A DNA stretch of 64,000 nt from Eledone cirrhosa (GCA_964016885.1 OZ024749.1:27032001-27096000); one strand, 5' to 3'; shown: positions 1 through 14,160, counted from the first letter of the stretch. Notes: a model not told the origin generated them from the sequence alone. Numbers and translations: made by a program.

Positions 1-76
1 GAATCAGTTCCCGTCCCACCCTTGCAAAGCAGGGAAAAGCAGATGTAAAATGATGATGATGATGATGATGATGATA
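1..76 (+). mobile_element. 3' tail of CORE-SINE family A, ending in (TGA)n
   Basis: GAATCAGTTCCCGTCCCACCCTTGCAA..CAGGGAAAAGC..GTAAAATGATGATGA matches the end of the longer copies at 28144-28455 and 62174-62508. Confidence 0.85.
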
Positions 77-105
77 TATATATAAATATATATATATATG
101 TATAT

Positions 106-738
106 AGAGGGATCAGATGTTGTTTACTCGAGAGAAGGCTACGTTGGTATGGACACGTGATGCGCATGAAAGTCGATAGCTGTATAACAAAGTGCAGGGC
201 AATAAAGATAGACGGTAGTCACGGAATAGGCAGACCTAGAAAAACCTGGGACGAGCTGATAAACTCCGACATCACACACTTACACCTCTCCAAGACAATG
301 TCACTGGACCGAGACCTTTGGCGGTACTCAGTAACAGAGAAAACCCGCCTTACCTAAATATATAGTAAAACCTACTCCAGCCAGTAGGCATCTCTAACAA
401 AATACACCCCGTCCCACCACCACCACCCCATCCACACCACCCCGTTCTATGTAAAGTTATGTTGGTGCCGCGCCATCGAGGCCGAAACAAATGAGATCGT
501 GTAGGTGTTACGACAAAAAAACACACAGTCCACGCTGTAATGTGGCCGTGTAGGCAACACGGTAAAAACCTCCCAGACCCACACTGTAAATGTGGTTGGT
601 GTTAGGAAGGGCATCCAACTGTAGAAAACCTGCCAGACAGTCCTATGCGAGCAAGACAATCACTCTTGCCTCAAGTGGGACTACCCCCGTCCAAACCCAT
701 GCAAGCGTGGAACACGGACGTTAAACGTTGATGATGAT
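106..738 (+). mobile_element. 5'-truncated RTE-type LINE (family RTE-A): ORF C-terminus plus 3' UTR
   Basis: Encodes RLRWYGHVMRM..GRPRKTW..DRDLWR. Colinear with 60421-61052. Starts right after (TA)n and ends in (TGA)n then (TA)n. Confidence 0.9.
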
Positions 739-1001
739 ATATATATGTATTGTGTGTGTATATATATATATAGTCCCACCCTTGCAAGCAGGGAAAAGCA
801 GACGTAAAATGATGATGATGATGATATATATATAGATAGATATATAAATGTTGTATAGGTTGGTGTTAGGAAGGGCATCCAGCCATAGAAAACCACCCAG
901 AAAGTCCTATATGAGTGAGATATGGTCACCTGATCCAACCTGCTTCAAATGAGACAAACCTGTCTAACCAATGTGAGCATGAATTTTAGTCTTCACATTT
1001 A

Positions 1002-1178
1002 TAGTATCGGTAGAGGGTCGGATGCCATGCTTTGCAGCAAAGAGTTACGGCCCTTTATGGTCTGAGTTCAAATCCCACCGAGGTTAACTTTGCCTTTCAT
1101 CCTTACGGGGTCGATAAAATAAAGTACCAGTAATGTACTGGGATAATTGCTGGCATTGTGCCAAAAGTAGAAATAATT
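1002..1178 (+). mobile_element. tRNA-derived SINE family B (Meta/MESC-like central domain)
   Basis: B-box GAGTTCAAATCC, then GTTAACTTTGCCTTTCATCCTTACGGGGTCGATAAAATAAAGTACCAG and tail TGTGCCAAAAGTAGAAA; many copies in the window. Confidence 0.85.
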
Positions 1179-1424
1179 ACTACATATATGTATATTTAGA
1201 TATATATATATTGTATGCATGTGTGTGAGTATACATAATTAAAGTACATTAGAAGTAATAAGACTACCATTTGGGTTAAAAAAATAAATGCTTTATTATA
1301 TTTTATCTTTTGACCCAAGTGGTAAACAGTGTTTTATTTCTTCTGACATTTAGACATTTATAATAAATACACACACATATATATATATATAGTAATATTA
1401 AATACCAAAATCCAAAGGGGGCTC

Positions 1425-1426
<2 letters not shown>

Positions 1427-1516
<90 letters not shown>
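1427..1516. repeat. (TG)n microsatellite
   Basis: About 45 uninterrupted TG units. Confidence 0.98.
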
Positions 1517-1517
<1 letters not shown>

Positions 1518-2070
1518 TCATCTGAAACTGAGAAAAATCAATCTGTAGATGCATTAGTAAATTTTTCAAAAAGGTTACAACCAAATATTGCCTTTAGAAA
1601 ACAGGAAGGCATAACAGTAATGTGTGAAGGCATTCTCTTGAGATGGACGAAATGTATGCAAGGATAATTACGTCATTAAGTTGAGCAAGAACAAATTCTT
1701 GCTATGGAAAAATCATATTCTTGCTATTGTTCTTAGCTACTACATTATCACATCTATCAATATATACACACATATACATCCACACATATACATACACAAA
1801 CACGCACACAGAGAGAGGGGGGGGGCAGATGTGTGCATATGTGTCAGTATGATAGAACAGACGTTAAATGATGAAGTATACATGCGATACATACACACGC
1901 ACACACACGTGTATAAGCTTCACCTTTTTTCCTATAAATATATATGAAAAACCACATTGTAACTTATCTAAAAGACCCATAAAGCCTCAATTCAATTTAT
2001 ATATACGGAACGTTGTAAATGTGGTGTGTAAAATTGGAGGTGTGACTTTACTGGACATATAAAACCTTAA

Positions 2071-2285
2071 CCCTTTAATGTTCAAACCAGCCAAAACCGG
2101 CCAGAATTCTTTACCTCTATCTGTTGAAACTGGCTGTAACTGGTCACAAACTGATGTTAAGGTATTGTTCTCAAAATAAATACTTTCAAAATCTCAGATT
2201 CGATATTATGTGAGATATTATGTGAGGTAAAGCCTTTATTATGAAACTACAATAGTATATATAGAGTAATGTGAATGCTAAAGGG
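2071..2285 (+). mobile_element. piggyBac-type MITE
   Basis: TTAA|CCCTTTAATGTTC..GAATGCTAAAGGG|TTAA: TTAA target duplication and CCC/GGG termini; four more copies in the window. Confidence 0.85.
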
Positions 2286-2626
2286 TTAATTCAAAATATA
2301 TGGTATATTGTAAATGTGGTGTGTACAAATTGAGGTGTGACTTATCTACTGGACATGTAAGTATTATGATAGAGTTGTATGGGCGCAGTATTGACATACG
2401 GCATTTCTTGGGTATTTTAAGCCTGGCAGAGCCTATCCCTCTCCAGGCCTGAATACAGCAGACTTCTTCCAGAGAAAGATAGAAAGTAAGAGATAGGAAA
2501 TAAGAAAGAGAAGAATCGCCCCCTGTACTAGACTGGTACGTTTTTATCAACCTCGAAAGGATGAAAGGTAAAGTTGACCTCAGCGGGATTTGAAATGTGT
2601 GTGTAAAAATGGAGGTGTACTACTGG

Positions 2627-2848
2627 ACATCATCATCATTGATTAACGTCCATCTTCCCCGCTAGTGTGGGTTAGACGGGTCCTATTTTGAGGTAAGTTC
2701 TGCCGGGTGACCATGTCTCGCTCATATAGGGGTGCTTCTGGCTGGTTTTCTATGGCTGGATGTCCTTCCTTACGCCAACCACATTTACAGTGTGGGCTGG
2801 GTGCTTTTTGCCGTGTCTTTTACACGTCCACTTTACAGCGAGGGCTGA
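2627..2848 (-). mobile_element. RTE/SINE 3'-tail fragment
   Basis: Reverse complement of the GTTGGCGTAAGGAAGGACATCCAGCC..CCCGTCTAACCC..GGACGTTAA..(TGA)n tail. Confidence 0.75.
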
Positions 2849-2849
2849 A

Positions 2850-3915
2850 AACTTTAATTCAAAATATATGCTATATTGTAAATATAGTGTGTAAAAATGG
2901 AGGTGTGACTTATCTACTGGCCATGAAAAACCTTAATTCAAAATATATGGTATATTGTAAATATAGTGTGTAAAAATGGAGGTGTGACTTATCTACTGGA
3001 CATGAAAAACCTTAATTCAAAATATATGGTATATTGTAAATGTGGTGTGTAAAAATGGAGGTGTGACTTATCTACTGGACATGAAAAACCTTAATTCAAA
3101 ATATATGGTATATGGTATATTGTAAATGTGGTGTGTAAAAATGGAGGTGTGACTTATCTACTGGACATGAAAAACCTTAATTCAAAATATATGCTATATT
3201 GTAAATGTGGTGTGTAAAAATGGAGGTGTGACTTATCTACTGGACATGAAAAACCTTAATTCAAAATATATGCTATATTGTAAATATAGTGTGTAAAAAT
3301 GGAGGTGTGACTTATCTACTGGACATGAAAAACCTTAATTCAAAATATATGCTATATTGTAAATATAGTGTGTAAAAATGGAGGTGTGACTTATCTACTG
3401 GACATGAAAAACCTTAATTCAAAATATATGGTATATTGTAAATGTGGTGTGTAAAAATGGAGGTGTGACTTATCTACTGGACATGAAAAACCTTAATTCA
3501 AAATATATGCTATATTGTAAATATAGTGTGTAAAAATGGAGGTGTGACATCTACTGGACATGAAAAACCTTAATTCAAAATATATGGTATATTGTAAATG
3601 TGGTGTGACTTATCTACTGGTCATGAAAAACCTTAATTCAAAATATATGGTATATTGTAAATGCGGTGTGTAAAAATGGAGGTGTGACTTATCTACTGGT
3701 CATGAAAAACCTTAATTCAAAATATATGGTATATTGTAAATGTGGTGTGTAAAAATGGAGGTGTGACTTATCTACTGGTCATGAAAAACCTTAATTCAAA
3801 ATATATAGTATATTGTAAATGCGGTGTGTAAAAATGGAGGTGTGACTTATCTACTGGACATGAAAAACCTTAATTCAAAATATATGGTATATTGTAAATG
3901 CGGTGTGTAAAAATT
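2850..3915. repeat. 79-bp minisatellite, about 13 copies
   Basis: CCTTAATTCAAAAT recurs at 2931, 3010, 3089 and onward; diverged units flank the array at about 1980-2360 and 3940-4020. Confidence 0.95.
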
Positions 3916-4267
3916 TAAGTGCGACATCTGCATCTACAAAGCCTCATTTCAAAATATTTGGTGCACTATAAATGTAAATGCAGTATGTAAAATGGAGGTG
4001 CAACCTATTTATTGGTGTAACTTTACACATGGCTGTATATGGTAGATATTATATTTCTTTGTATATATGGATAAACACATACACATAACTGCATATTTGT
4101 GTATGAGTATTATATACAGCTTTACATCTTATATAAACAAAGCAAGCAAGCAGCACTATATATAAACATAACTATACATGCCCGTTATATATGCAGACGT
4201 ATATATACATTCCACAAACTTAAACTTTGCCTGGATTTGTGGCTTGGAGAGGAACTTTTGAGGTGCT

Positions 4268-4408
4268 ATTCCATTGGTCATTTATGACCAAAGTAGGTCT
4301 TTACCATATATATATCATCATCATCATCATCATTTAACGTCCATCTTCCACACTAATATATAAATATATGGTAAATACCTACTTTGGTCATGAATCACCA
4401 AGGGAACA
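4268..4408. repeat. Inverted repeat of about 44 bp enclosing (TA)n and a LINE-tail fragment
   Basis: TTCCATTGGTCATTTATGACCAAAGTAGGTCTTTACCATATA versus TATATGGTAAATACCTACTTTGGTCATGAATCACCAAGGGAA. Confidence 0.75.
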
Positions 4409-4611
4409 CACATATACATATATATATCCCATGTACGTCAATACTCATCTTTTTCCATTTCTCCGAGGGTTCTTAACCCCACTATCAGGCTAAATAATAT
4501 CTTTAATTTCTTTAGTCAAAATACGGCGATAGCTTACATTTCTAATAATTTCTAACCCACTCGCTGTTTCGAAAATATTCTTACATATATGTATGTGTGT
4601 GAGGATGGGGA

Positions 4612-4642
<31 letters not shown>

Positions 4643-4914
4643 AGGATGGGGAGTATATATATATATACACATACATGTGAAGGGACATGACCACGTGGCT
4701 ATGGTGTTATGGGTTCAAGTTCTGGACCAGGCAACATTTTGTGTTCTTAAGGAAGATGCCTCTTTTCAAGTTGCTTTTCATGTTAGGATATGGGCCCCTA
4801 TCATTAAAGCATTCAAGAAACATACTATGATGCAATCTTGTATGAAGCTAGCTAAACCTTATTTCATCATCATTTAACATCCATTTTCTATACTAACATA
4901 GTTAGATGTGTTGG

Positions 4915-5087
4915 TGCAGTAGTGGTGTTCGTGGTGTAGTGTTGTAGTGGTGTTCGTGGTGTAGTGTTGTAGTGGTGTTCGTGGTGTAGTGGTGTTCGTG
5001 GTGTAGTGTTGTAGTGGTGTTCGTGGTGTAGTGTTGTAGTGGTGTTCGTGGTGTAGTGTTGTAGTGGTATTCGTGGTGTAGTGTTGT
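4915..5087. repeat. 25-bp minisatellite
   Basis: Unit AGTGGTGTTCGTGGTGTAGTGTTGT at 4921, 4946 and onward. Confidence 0.9.
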
Positions 5088-5360
5088 ATTACTGTCACTA
5101 ACAAACAAAAAGAGACACAAACACATTTGATATTTCATAGATAACACAGAAATACAACACCACATCCTTCCACTGTGTTGGAGTTGTTTGTATAGCGCAG
5201 GGTAACAATGGTTGACGCATACACACACATACACACATACATATACACACATATATATATACACACACACACATATATACACACACACGTATATATATAT
5301 AAATAAACACACATACACACATGCATCATAATCATTTAATATCTATCTTACATAGGTTAG

Positions 5361-5411
5361 ACAGGCTATCACATACTGAGGCCAGAGTGGCCTCAGTATG
5401 TGATAGCCTGT
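5361..5411. repeat. Perfect 24-bp hairpin with 3-nt loop
   Basis: ACAGGCTATCACATACTGAGGCCA-GAG-TGGCCTCAGTATGTGATAGCCTGT. Confidence 0.9.
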
Positions 5412-5662
5412 ATGTGACACACGCATACATGCATACACACAGACTCACACACAGGCTGTCACATACTGACTAGACTGGTCAGGTACACACACACACACAC
5501 TGGCTACACAACCTCTTTACAGTGGGAGTGGGGCACATACTGTCTATATGCTTCGGCTTCAACTTGTACACATGGGCAGTCGGGTCTTCTGTATATATAT
5601 ATGTGTGTGTGTATACATGTGCGCGCGTGCGTGCGTGCGTGCGTGTGTGTATATATATATAT

Positions 5663-6022
5663 AGATCTGTTGGATGTGCAGTGTCAATGTACGTGAACGA
5701 CCCTGCATATAAATGTGTTGAGAGAGAAACTGTGTCTGAGAGGGATGGAATGTAGTGTACGGGAGAGGAGACTGAGGTGGTATGGACATGTGATGCGCAT
5801 GGAAGATGACCGATGGGTGAAGAAGTGCCAGGAAATGCCAGTTGAAGGAAGACGTGGTAGACCACGAAAAACATGGGCGGAGGTGGTGAGAATAAACCTC
5901 AGATCGCTGAAGCTCACGGTGGAGATGACGAAGGACCGTGACAAGTGGAGAGATGCTGTGCTGAATAAGACCCGTCCCCAACTTTGCAAGCAGGGAAAAG
6001 GGGATGATGATGATGATGATGA
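5663..6022 (+). mobile_element. 5'-truncated RTE-type LINE (family RTE-B) 3' end
   Basis: WMCSV..LREKL..RERRLRWYGHVMRMEDDRWVKKC..GRRGRPRKTW..DRDKWR, running directly into the CCCGTCC..TTGCAAGCAGGGAAAAG-(GAT)n tail; flanked by (TA)n. Confidence 0.88.
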
Positions 6023-6113
6023 TATGTATGTATATATATATATGCCAGTAATTAACATAATTCTCAGGGAGATTCAGCATGACTGTGCGAGAAGGCTGGC
6101 CCAGTGAATTATT

Positions 6114-6420
6114 GGAGGCACATGGCCTTGCAATCGAAAGGTTGTGAGTTCAATTCTCAGACCGGATGATGTGTTGTTTCCTTGAGCAAGACACCTTATT
6201 TCACATTGCTCCAGTTTACTCAGCTGTAGAAATGAGATGATAGGGACTGGGGTCCCTATCATTCCACTGCAAAGTGGTCGTGGAGGTGCCACGGCAAAAA
6301 AGCACCCAGCACTCACTGTAAATGAGGTTGGTGTTAGGAAGGGCATCCAGCTGTAGAAATCAAGCCAAAATCAGTTCCCGTCCCACCCTTGCAAGCAGGG
6401 AAAAGCGGAAGCAAATAAAA
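6114..6420 (+). mobile_element. CORE-SINE family A (A-box deleted)
   Basis: tRNA-like head with B-box GAGTTCAATTC, CORE-like CCTTGAGCAAGACAC..CAGTTTACTCAGCTGTAGAAATG, RTE-like tail. Confidence 0.88.
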
Positions 6421-6759
6421 AAAATGAAATGAAAATGAAATGAACTCTTTTCATTTGTTTTATCCAGCTGTATGGACACATACATATACTCACACAGAGA
6501 CATCACATATACATACACACACATACCATACATACATACATACATGCATACACATACCTACAGACACACGCCTATACATACATACACACAACTCACACAC
6601 CACATACATACATACACACATATATAAATATATATACACACACACACACACATACATATCCAACTTGCCTCTAAATGGGACAAACCCATCTAACCCATGC
6701 TAACGTGGAAAATAGACATTAAACGACGATGATGATACCTACCGCACATACACACAACC

Positions 6760-7610
6760 CACACACACATACATACATACACACAATCCATATATACACT
6801 CATACATTCATGCATGCACACACACACCACTTACCCCACCCCCGACACCCACAAGCCACACATACACTCACACATACACACACCTACATGCACACACCTA
6901 CATGCACACAAGCCACACACACACACACACGCACAAGCCACACACACACAAGCCACACACACACACACACACAAGCCATACACGCAAAACAAGCCGCATA
7001 CACACACAGAAGCCGCATGCACGCACACAAGCCGCATGCACGCACACAAGCCGCATACACGCACAGAAGCCACACACACGCACACAAGCCACACACACGC
7101 ACACAAGCCACACACACACACAAGCCACACACACACACAAGCCCCACATACACACACACAAGCCATACACGCACAGAAGCCGCATGCACGCACACAAGCC
7201 GCATGCACGCACACAAGCCACACAGACACACAAGCCACACACAAGCCACACACACACACAAGCCACACACACACACAAGCCGCACATACACACAAGCCGC
7301 ACATACACACAAGCCGCACATACATACATGCATACACACTCACATACACACACCTACATGCACACAAGCCACATACACACACAAGCCACACACACACACA
7401 CACACGCCTACACAAGCCACATCACACACACCTACACAAGCCACACACACACCCACCTTCACAAGCTACACACTTACACAAGCCACACATACACACCCAA
7501 GCCACACACACACACACTCCCAAGCCACACACACACACACACCCAAGCCACACACACACACAAGCCACACACCTACACAAGCCACACACCTACACACCTA
7601 CACAAGCCAC
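6760..7610. repeat. CA-rich compound repeat (CAAGC-C(AC)n units)
   Basis: Recurrent ACAAGCCACAC and AAGCCGCATGCACGC. Confidence 0.9.
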
Positions 7611-7849
7611 AGATGCCCAACATAACATCTGATAGAAATACAGAAATTCTTGACATTGGTACAAAGTTGAAGCCAGAATAATTTTGGCAATCAATATCTG
7701 GAGAGATTAATTTATTAACAGAATGGTGGTGGGGTGGGGTGGGTTCTATGTGGCGGGGGGGGGGGCTCTATCGTCTGGTGGTAGTGATGGTGGTGGTAGT
7801 GGTATGGTGTGGTGGTGGTATTCTGTGTGTGTATGAATATGTAAGCTGT

Positions 7850-8175
7850 CTGTAGTGTATGTATGTATGTATGTATGTATGTATGTATATGCACATGTGT
7901 GGGGGTGAAACAGTATGTTAAGAATGGTTGTCTGTGGTATGATGTGTATGTAATATATGTGTATATATGTACACATGCATGTATGTATATGTATGTATGT
8001 ACGTATATATATGTATGCACGGATGCATGTACGCATATATGTATGTATGCACGGATGCATGTATGTATGCACGAATATATGTATGTATGCACGGATGCAT
8101 GTATGTATGCATGTATGTATGTATGTATGTATGTATGCATGTAATATATGTGTGTGTGTGTGTGTGTGTGTGTAT
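7850..8175. repeat. (TATG)n/(TG)n compound microsatellite
   Basis: Direct inspection. Confidence 0.9.
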
Positions 8176-8266
8176 GATGCCAGGTTATAAAGTGCAATAG
8201 TGACATGTAGGAGGTGGTACCAGAATCGTCATGCCAAATTCAGGAATATCTCCATTGGTACCTCCT

Positions 8267-9241
8267 AGTCAGGTTCCATGGAGTATCGGGTCAATGGACA
8301 GCTTCTTGTTGACCTGATGTCTCTATATGAATGCCCTAGTATTTGTGTTCAGATAAATGGTGCAAAATTGAAACCATTCAATATAGGAATCAGATTCTGC
8401 AATGGTGCATACTGTCACCTCTCCTGTTTTTATTCTTCAGAAAATGGATTGATATCACTTCTAGCAGGTGTAGGATCAGTCAGCTGGTATTTGCAGATGA
8501 CATGGTGTTACTTAGCTGGTCAGGTGATCCCCGAGAAACACTTGATACGTTTAATGCAGAGTGCTGCATGGCTGGAATGAAAATCAGTGCTGCATAAACT
8601 GAAATACTCATCCTGTGCAGTGCACTCTACATGTGAGAGTTCCACTGAAGCAGGTGGAGAAGTTCAAATATTTCCGGGCCATGTTCACAAGTGATGGAAG
8701 GCAGGAAGCTGAATTAAGTGTTAGAATTACAAAATACGGTGCAGTAATGCACCAGCTTCAGCATTCGGTAATCAGAAGAAAGGAGGTAGGTGTAAAAGCC
8801 AAACTCACTATCTTCAATTTGGTATTTGTGCATCTTGGATAATGGATCCAAAGAATACGATCGTGAATACAAGCAGCCGAAATGGGGTTCCTCTGAAGGG
8901 TCTTTGGAGTAACATTACTTGATAGAGTGCATAGCTCGGAGATCAGAGAGTCACTCCAGGTAGAGCCACTACTTCTCTGAATTGAGAGCTCACAGCTCTG
9001 ATACTACGGGCATGTGGTTAGAATGTCTCAAGAAAGAATCGCTGGACAGATTTTATGGGCAAAACCCATGGGTAGACTCTGAGCAAGATAGTTGGATAAC
9101 ATCCTTGAGCTCGGCTGGTCTCATTTGGGATCCAGCCAGATCAGTTGGAGTTGGTTGCTTCTGACAGGACCCACTGGAAGGAGTGTTTGAGGATTCTGCC
9201 TCCACGACTCTCTCAGGAATAAGTGGGCAAAGAAGAAGAGA
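8267..9241 (+). pseudogene. Degraded 5'-truncated RTE-type LINE (family RTE-C) with target-site duplication
   Basis: Frameshifted RT motifs QWCILSPLLF, VFADDMVLL, MKISAA, QVEKFKYF..FTSDG; (GAA)n tail; 11-bp TSD TGGTACCTCCT at 8256-8266 and 9242-9252. Confidence 0.88.
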
Positions 9242-9499
9242 TGGTACCTCCTTGTTTCATATTTGGTATTGTCTGTTAAGAATGGTTGTCATATAAGATA
9301 TAGGAGGTGATATTGGAACTGTGATACCAAAGTCAGGAATAACACCATTCGTACTTGACTTACACAAAGAGTGACAACTGAACCATGTGAAGTTATCACA
9401 ACAAAAATAACCAAAAATAATTCCTCTTCTTTCTTAATAGCACCATGTTCTGCTTTTTTCTTCCAGATACATTAATGTAACACACACACAAACCCCTAC

Positions 9500-9957
9500 C
9501 CAGACAAAAACACACTCAAATCTACACACACACACAAAATACTATATACATAGACATATATGGATAGATATATACACACACACAAATCTACACACATGCA
9601 CAAAATACTATACATACATAGACACAAATATGCATAGATATATATACACACACACAAATCTACACACACACACAAAATACTATACATACAGACACAAATA
9701 TGCATAGATATATACACACACACACACAAAATACTATACATACAGACACAAATATGCATAGATATATACACACACACAAAATACTATACATACAGACACA
9801 AATATGCAGATATATACACACACACAAAATACTATACATACATAGACACAAATATGCATAGATATACACACACACACACACACACAAAGACACAAATATG
9901 CATAGATATATACACACACACAAAATACTATACATACATAGACACAAATATGCATAG

Positions 9958-9993
<36 letters not shown>

Positions 9994-10055
9994 AAATATG
10001 CAGATATATACACACACACAAAATACTATACATACATAGACACAAATATGCATAG

Positions 10056-10092
<37 letters not shown>

Positions 10093-10190
10093 CACAAATA
10101 TGCATAGATATATACACACACAAAATACTATACATATATAAACACAAATATGCAGATATATATATATACACACACACACATATACATATG
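9500..10190. repeat. CA-rich minisatellite of variable unit length
   Basis: Recurrent AAAATACTATACATAC..GACACAAATATGCATAGATATA(CA)n. Confidence 0.9.
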
Positions 10191-10462
10191 AGCATATCTA
10201 GCCACAGAGACATATACATACCTTCTCACATTTACACACACTCCTCCACACACATACATACATACATACAAACATACAGCCTCACTAATTACACACACAC
10301 ACACACAGTCTCACTAATTACACACACACACACATTGACCTCCACACTGATAGAAATGTACTAATAAAAAGTGTAACAGAAATGTGTGAGTGTATATATG
10401 TATGTGTGTGTGGGGTGTATATTTATATATGTGTATTATAGTGTGATATATGCGTGTGATGT

Positions 10463-10846
<384 letters not shown>

Positions 10847-10899
10847 TACCAAAACTTTGGCAAGCCATGAACAAAGCCTGCATTGGTTGGCAGTACATT

Positions 10900-13470
10900 T
10901 GTCATGGTGGTGGTGGTGTGGTGGGGTGGGGTGGTGGTGGTGGTGTTGTGGTGGTGTGGGTGGTATGGTAGTGGTGGTGCGGTGTGGGTGCTATTGTGGT
11001 GGTGGTGGTGGTGTGGTGGTGGTAGTGGTGGTGCGGTGTGGGTGGTATTGTGGTGGTGGTGGTGTCGTGGTGGTGTCATGGTGTGGGTGGTAGTGGTGGT
11101 GTCGTGGTGTGGGTGGTAGTGGTGGTGGTGGTGGTATTGTTGTGGTATTGTGGTGTGGGTGGTAGTGGTGGTGGTATTGTTATGGTAGGGTATGTAGTGG
11201 AGTCATAGTAGTCCAGTGCTGTGGTGAGATTGTGGTAGACTTGGTGTTGATGTTAGTGTGATAGTGGTAGTGTGTGATTATGGTGGTGTGGTGGTGGTGT
11301 GATGGTGGTGGGAGTAGTGTGGTGGTGTGATGGTGGTGGGAGTAGTGTAGTGGTGTGATGGTGGTGATAGTAGTGTAGTGGTGTGATGGTGGTGATAGTA
11401 GTGTAGTGGTGTGATGGTGGTGATAGTAGTGTAGTGGTGTGATGGTGGTGATAGTAGTGTAGTGGTGTGATGGTGGTGATAGTAGTGTAGTGGTGTGATG
11501 GTGGTGATAGTAGTGTAGTGGTGTTGTGGTGGTGTTGTGGTGGTGGTGTGGTGGTGGTGGTGTGGTGGTGGCGGCGTGGTGGTGGTGTGATGGTGGTGGT
11601 AGTAGTGTAGTGGTGGTGGCGTGATGGTGGTAGTGTGATGGTGGTGGTGGTGGTAGTGTGATGGTGGTGGTGGTAGTGGTGTGATGGTGGTGGTAGTGTA
11701 GTGGTGTGATGGTGGTGGTAGTGTAGTGGTGTGATGGTGGTGTAGTGGACTAATGGTGGTGGTGGTGTAGTGGTGTAGTGGTGTAATGGTTGTGGTAGTG
11801 TGGAGGTGTGATGGTGGTGGAAGTGTGGAGGTGTGATGGTGGTGGTAGTGTGGAGGTGTGACGATGGTGGTGGTAGTGTGGAGGTGTGACGGTGGTGGTG
11901 GTGGTGATGATGGTGATGGTGATGGTGGTGGTGATAGTGGTGGTGGTGGTGACGACGGTGCTAGTGGTGGTGGTAGTGATGGTAGTGATGGTGGTGGTGA
12001 TGGTAGTGATGGTGGTGGTGATAGTGGTGATGGTGATGGTGATGGTGATGATGGTGATGATGGTGGTGGTGGTGATGGTGGTGATGATAGTGGTGGTGGT
12101 GGTGATGGTGGTGGTGGTGGTGGTGGTGGTGATGGTGGTAGTAGTGGTGGTGGTGGTGATGATAGTGGTGGTGGTGATGATAGTGGTGGTGGTGATGATG
12201 GTAGTAGTGGTGGTGGTGGTGGTGGTGATGATAGTGGTGATGGTGGTGGTGATAGTGGTGGTGGTGGTGGTGGTGGTGATGGTGGTAGTAGTGGTGGTGG
12301 TGGTGATGGTGGTAGTAGTGGTGGTGGTGGTGGTGATGGTGGTGGTAGTAGTGGTGGTGGTGGTGGTGATGGTGGTAGTAGTGGTGGTGGTATGTAAACA
12401 GTGACTAAACATTGTCTGTTACAACTATTTCACTAATAACTAAAGCTAGTGTTTCATTCTTAAACCACCATTAGCGGAGTGGGAGAAACAGCGGAGGGGG
12501 GGGGGGGGGGGGGCATTTTGAAAATCTGAAAAATTAATAGGGGGGAGAGGGGGTGGGGGTCTGAGAGTACATTACATAGAAACACCTGCAGCTCTGTACT
12601 ACACAACTAAGGGGAAATAACTCAATAAAATTATCACTAAGAAACTCACCCCACCCAAAAATATAACATACCACTACTACAACCACCACTAACACACCAC
12701 TTCTATAACCACCACTACAACATGGTGACGGTGATGGAGATGATGATGGTAATGATAGTGGTGATGATAGTGATGGTGATGGTGGTGGTGGTGGTGACGG
12801 TGGTGGTGACGGTGGTGGTGGTGGTGGTGGTGGTGGTGGTAATGATGATGGTGGTGATGGTGGTGGTGGTGGTGGTGGTAATGATGATGGTGGTGATGAC
12901 GGTGGTGGTGACGGTGGTGGTGGTGGTGGTGGTGGTAATGATGATGGTGGTGATGATGGTGGTGGTGGTGATGATGGTAATGATGATGGTAATGATAGTG
13001 GTGATGGTAGTAGTGGTGGTGGTGATGACGGTGGTGATGACGGTGGTGGTGACGGTGGTGGTGGTGGTAATGATGATGGTGGTGATGACGGTGATGGTGG
13101 TGGTGATGGTGGTGGTGATGATGGTAATGATGATGGTGGTGATGATGGCGGTGGTGGTGGTGGTGGTGGTGGTGGTGATGATGGTAATGATGATGGTGGT
13201 GATGATGGTGGTGGTGGTGGTGATGGTGGTGATGGTAATGATGATAGTGGTGATGATGGCGGTGGTGGTGGTGGTGGTGGTGATGATGGTAATGATGATG
13301 GTGGTGATGATGGCGGTGGTGGTGGTGATGGTGGTGGTGATGGTAATGATAATGATGTGGTGACGGTGATTATTGTGGTAATAGTGGTAATGATGATAAT
13401 GATAGTGGCGGTAATGGTGATGATGATGGTGGTAATGGTGATAATAGTGGCGGTGGCGGTGGTGTGGGTG
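10900..13470. repeat. (GGT)n/(GAT)n/(AGT)n compound trinucleotide tracts, interrupted at about 12395-12720
   Basis: Direct inspection; source of the poly-V, poly-T, poly-G and poly-P ORFs. Confidence 0.95.
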
Positions 13471-13591
13471 ATTGTAGGAAATAAAGCAACAAGTAAAATA
13501 AGAAACTGTGTCAGATATAACTGGGAAAAAGATAAGAAAAAAAAGAGAGAGAATTGTTTGTTCATTAAATAGACAAAACAATGATAGATAT

Positions 13592-13661
<70 letters not shown>

Positions 13662-14090
13662 CATGTATGATATATATTTATACAAACATCTATAAATATA
13701 TATATACATTTACACACACCCACACACACACACATCTACAAAGAGACAGACAGTGTATATGTATATTCTAATACATACACCCTTTACCAGTCATCATTGG
13801 CTCTGCATCACCACCTCCTCCACCATCAGACCACTACAACCACCACACCACCACCATCAGCCACCAACACCCATCACACCACCACCACCATCAAATCACG
13901 TCTGATTTTTTGAAGAACAAAAATTCCTGCTTTATTGTATCATCTCTCTCTCTCCACACACACACATATACATACACAGAATCACGCAACCACACAAGAG
14001 AATCACAGAAGTTGTGCTTTTGATATAACAGAAGGGATGTGTATGTATGTGTGTATGTATATTATATATATATATATATATATAAATAAA

Positions 14091-14160
14091 CGGTGTCTCC
14101 CCAAAATGTATACACACTTATTAAATGCTTTTGAAGTGTGTATACATTTTTTGGGACATA

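Noticed and set aside
6729-7681. His/Thr-rich and Cys/Val-rich ORFs here and at 9.5-10.9, 22-24 and 53-55 kb
   Set aside because: Translations of (CA)n, (TG)n and (TA)n microsatellites.
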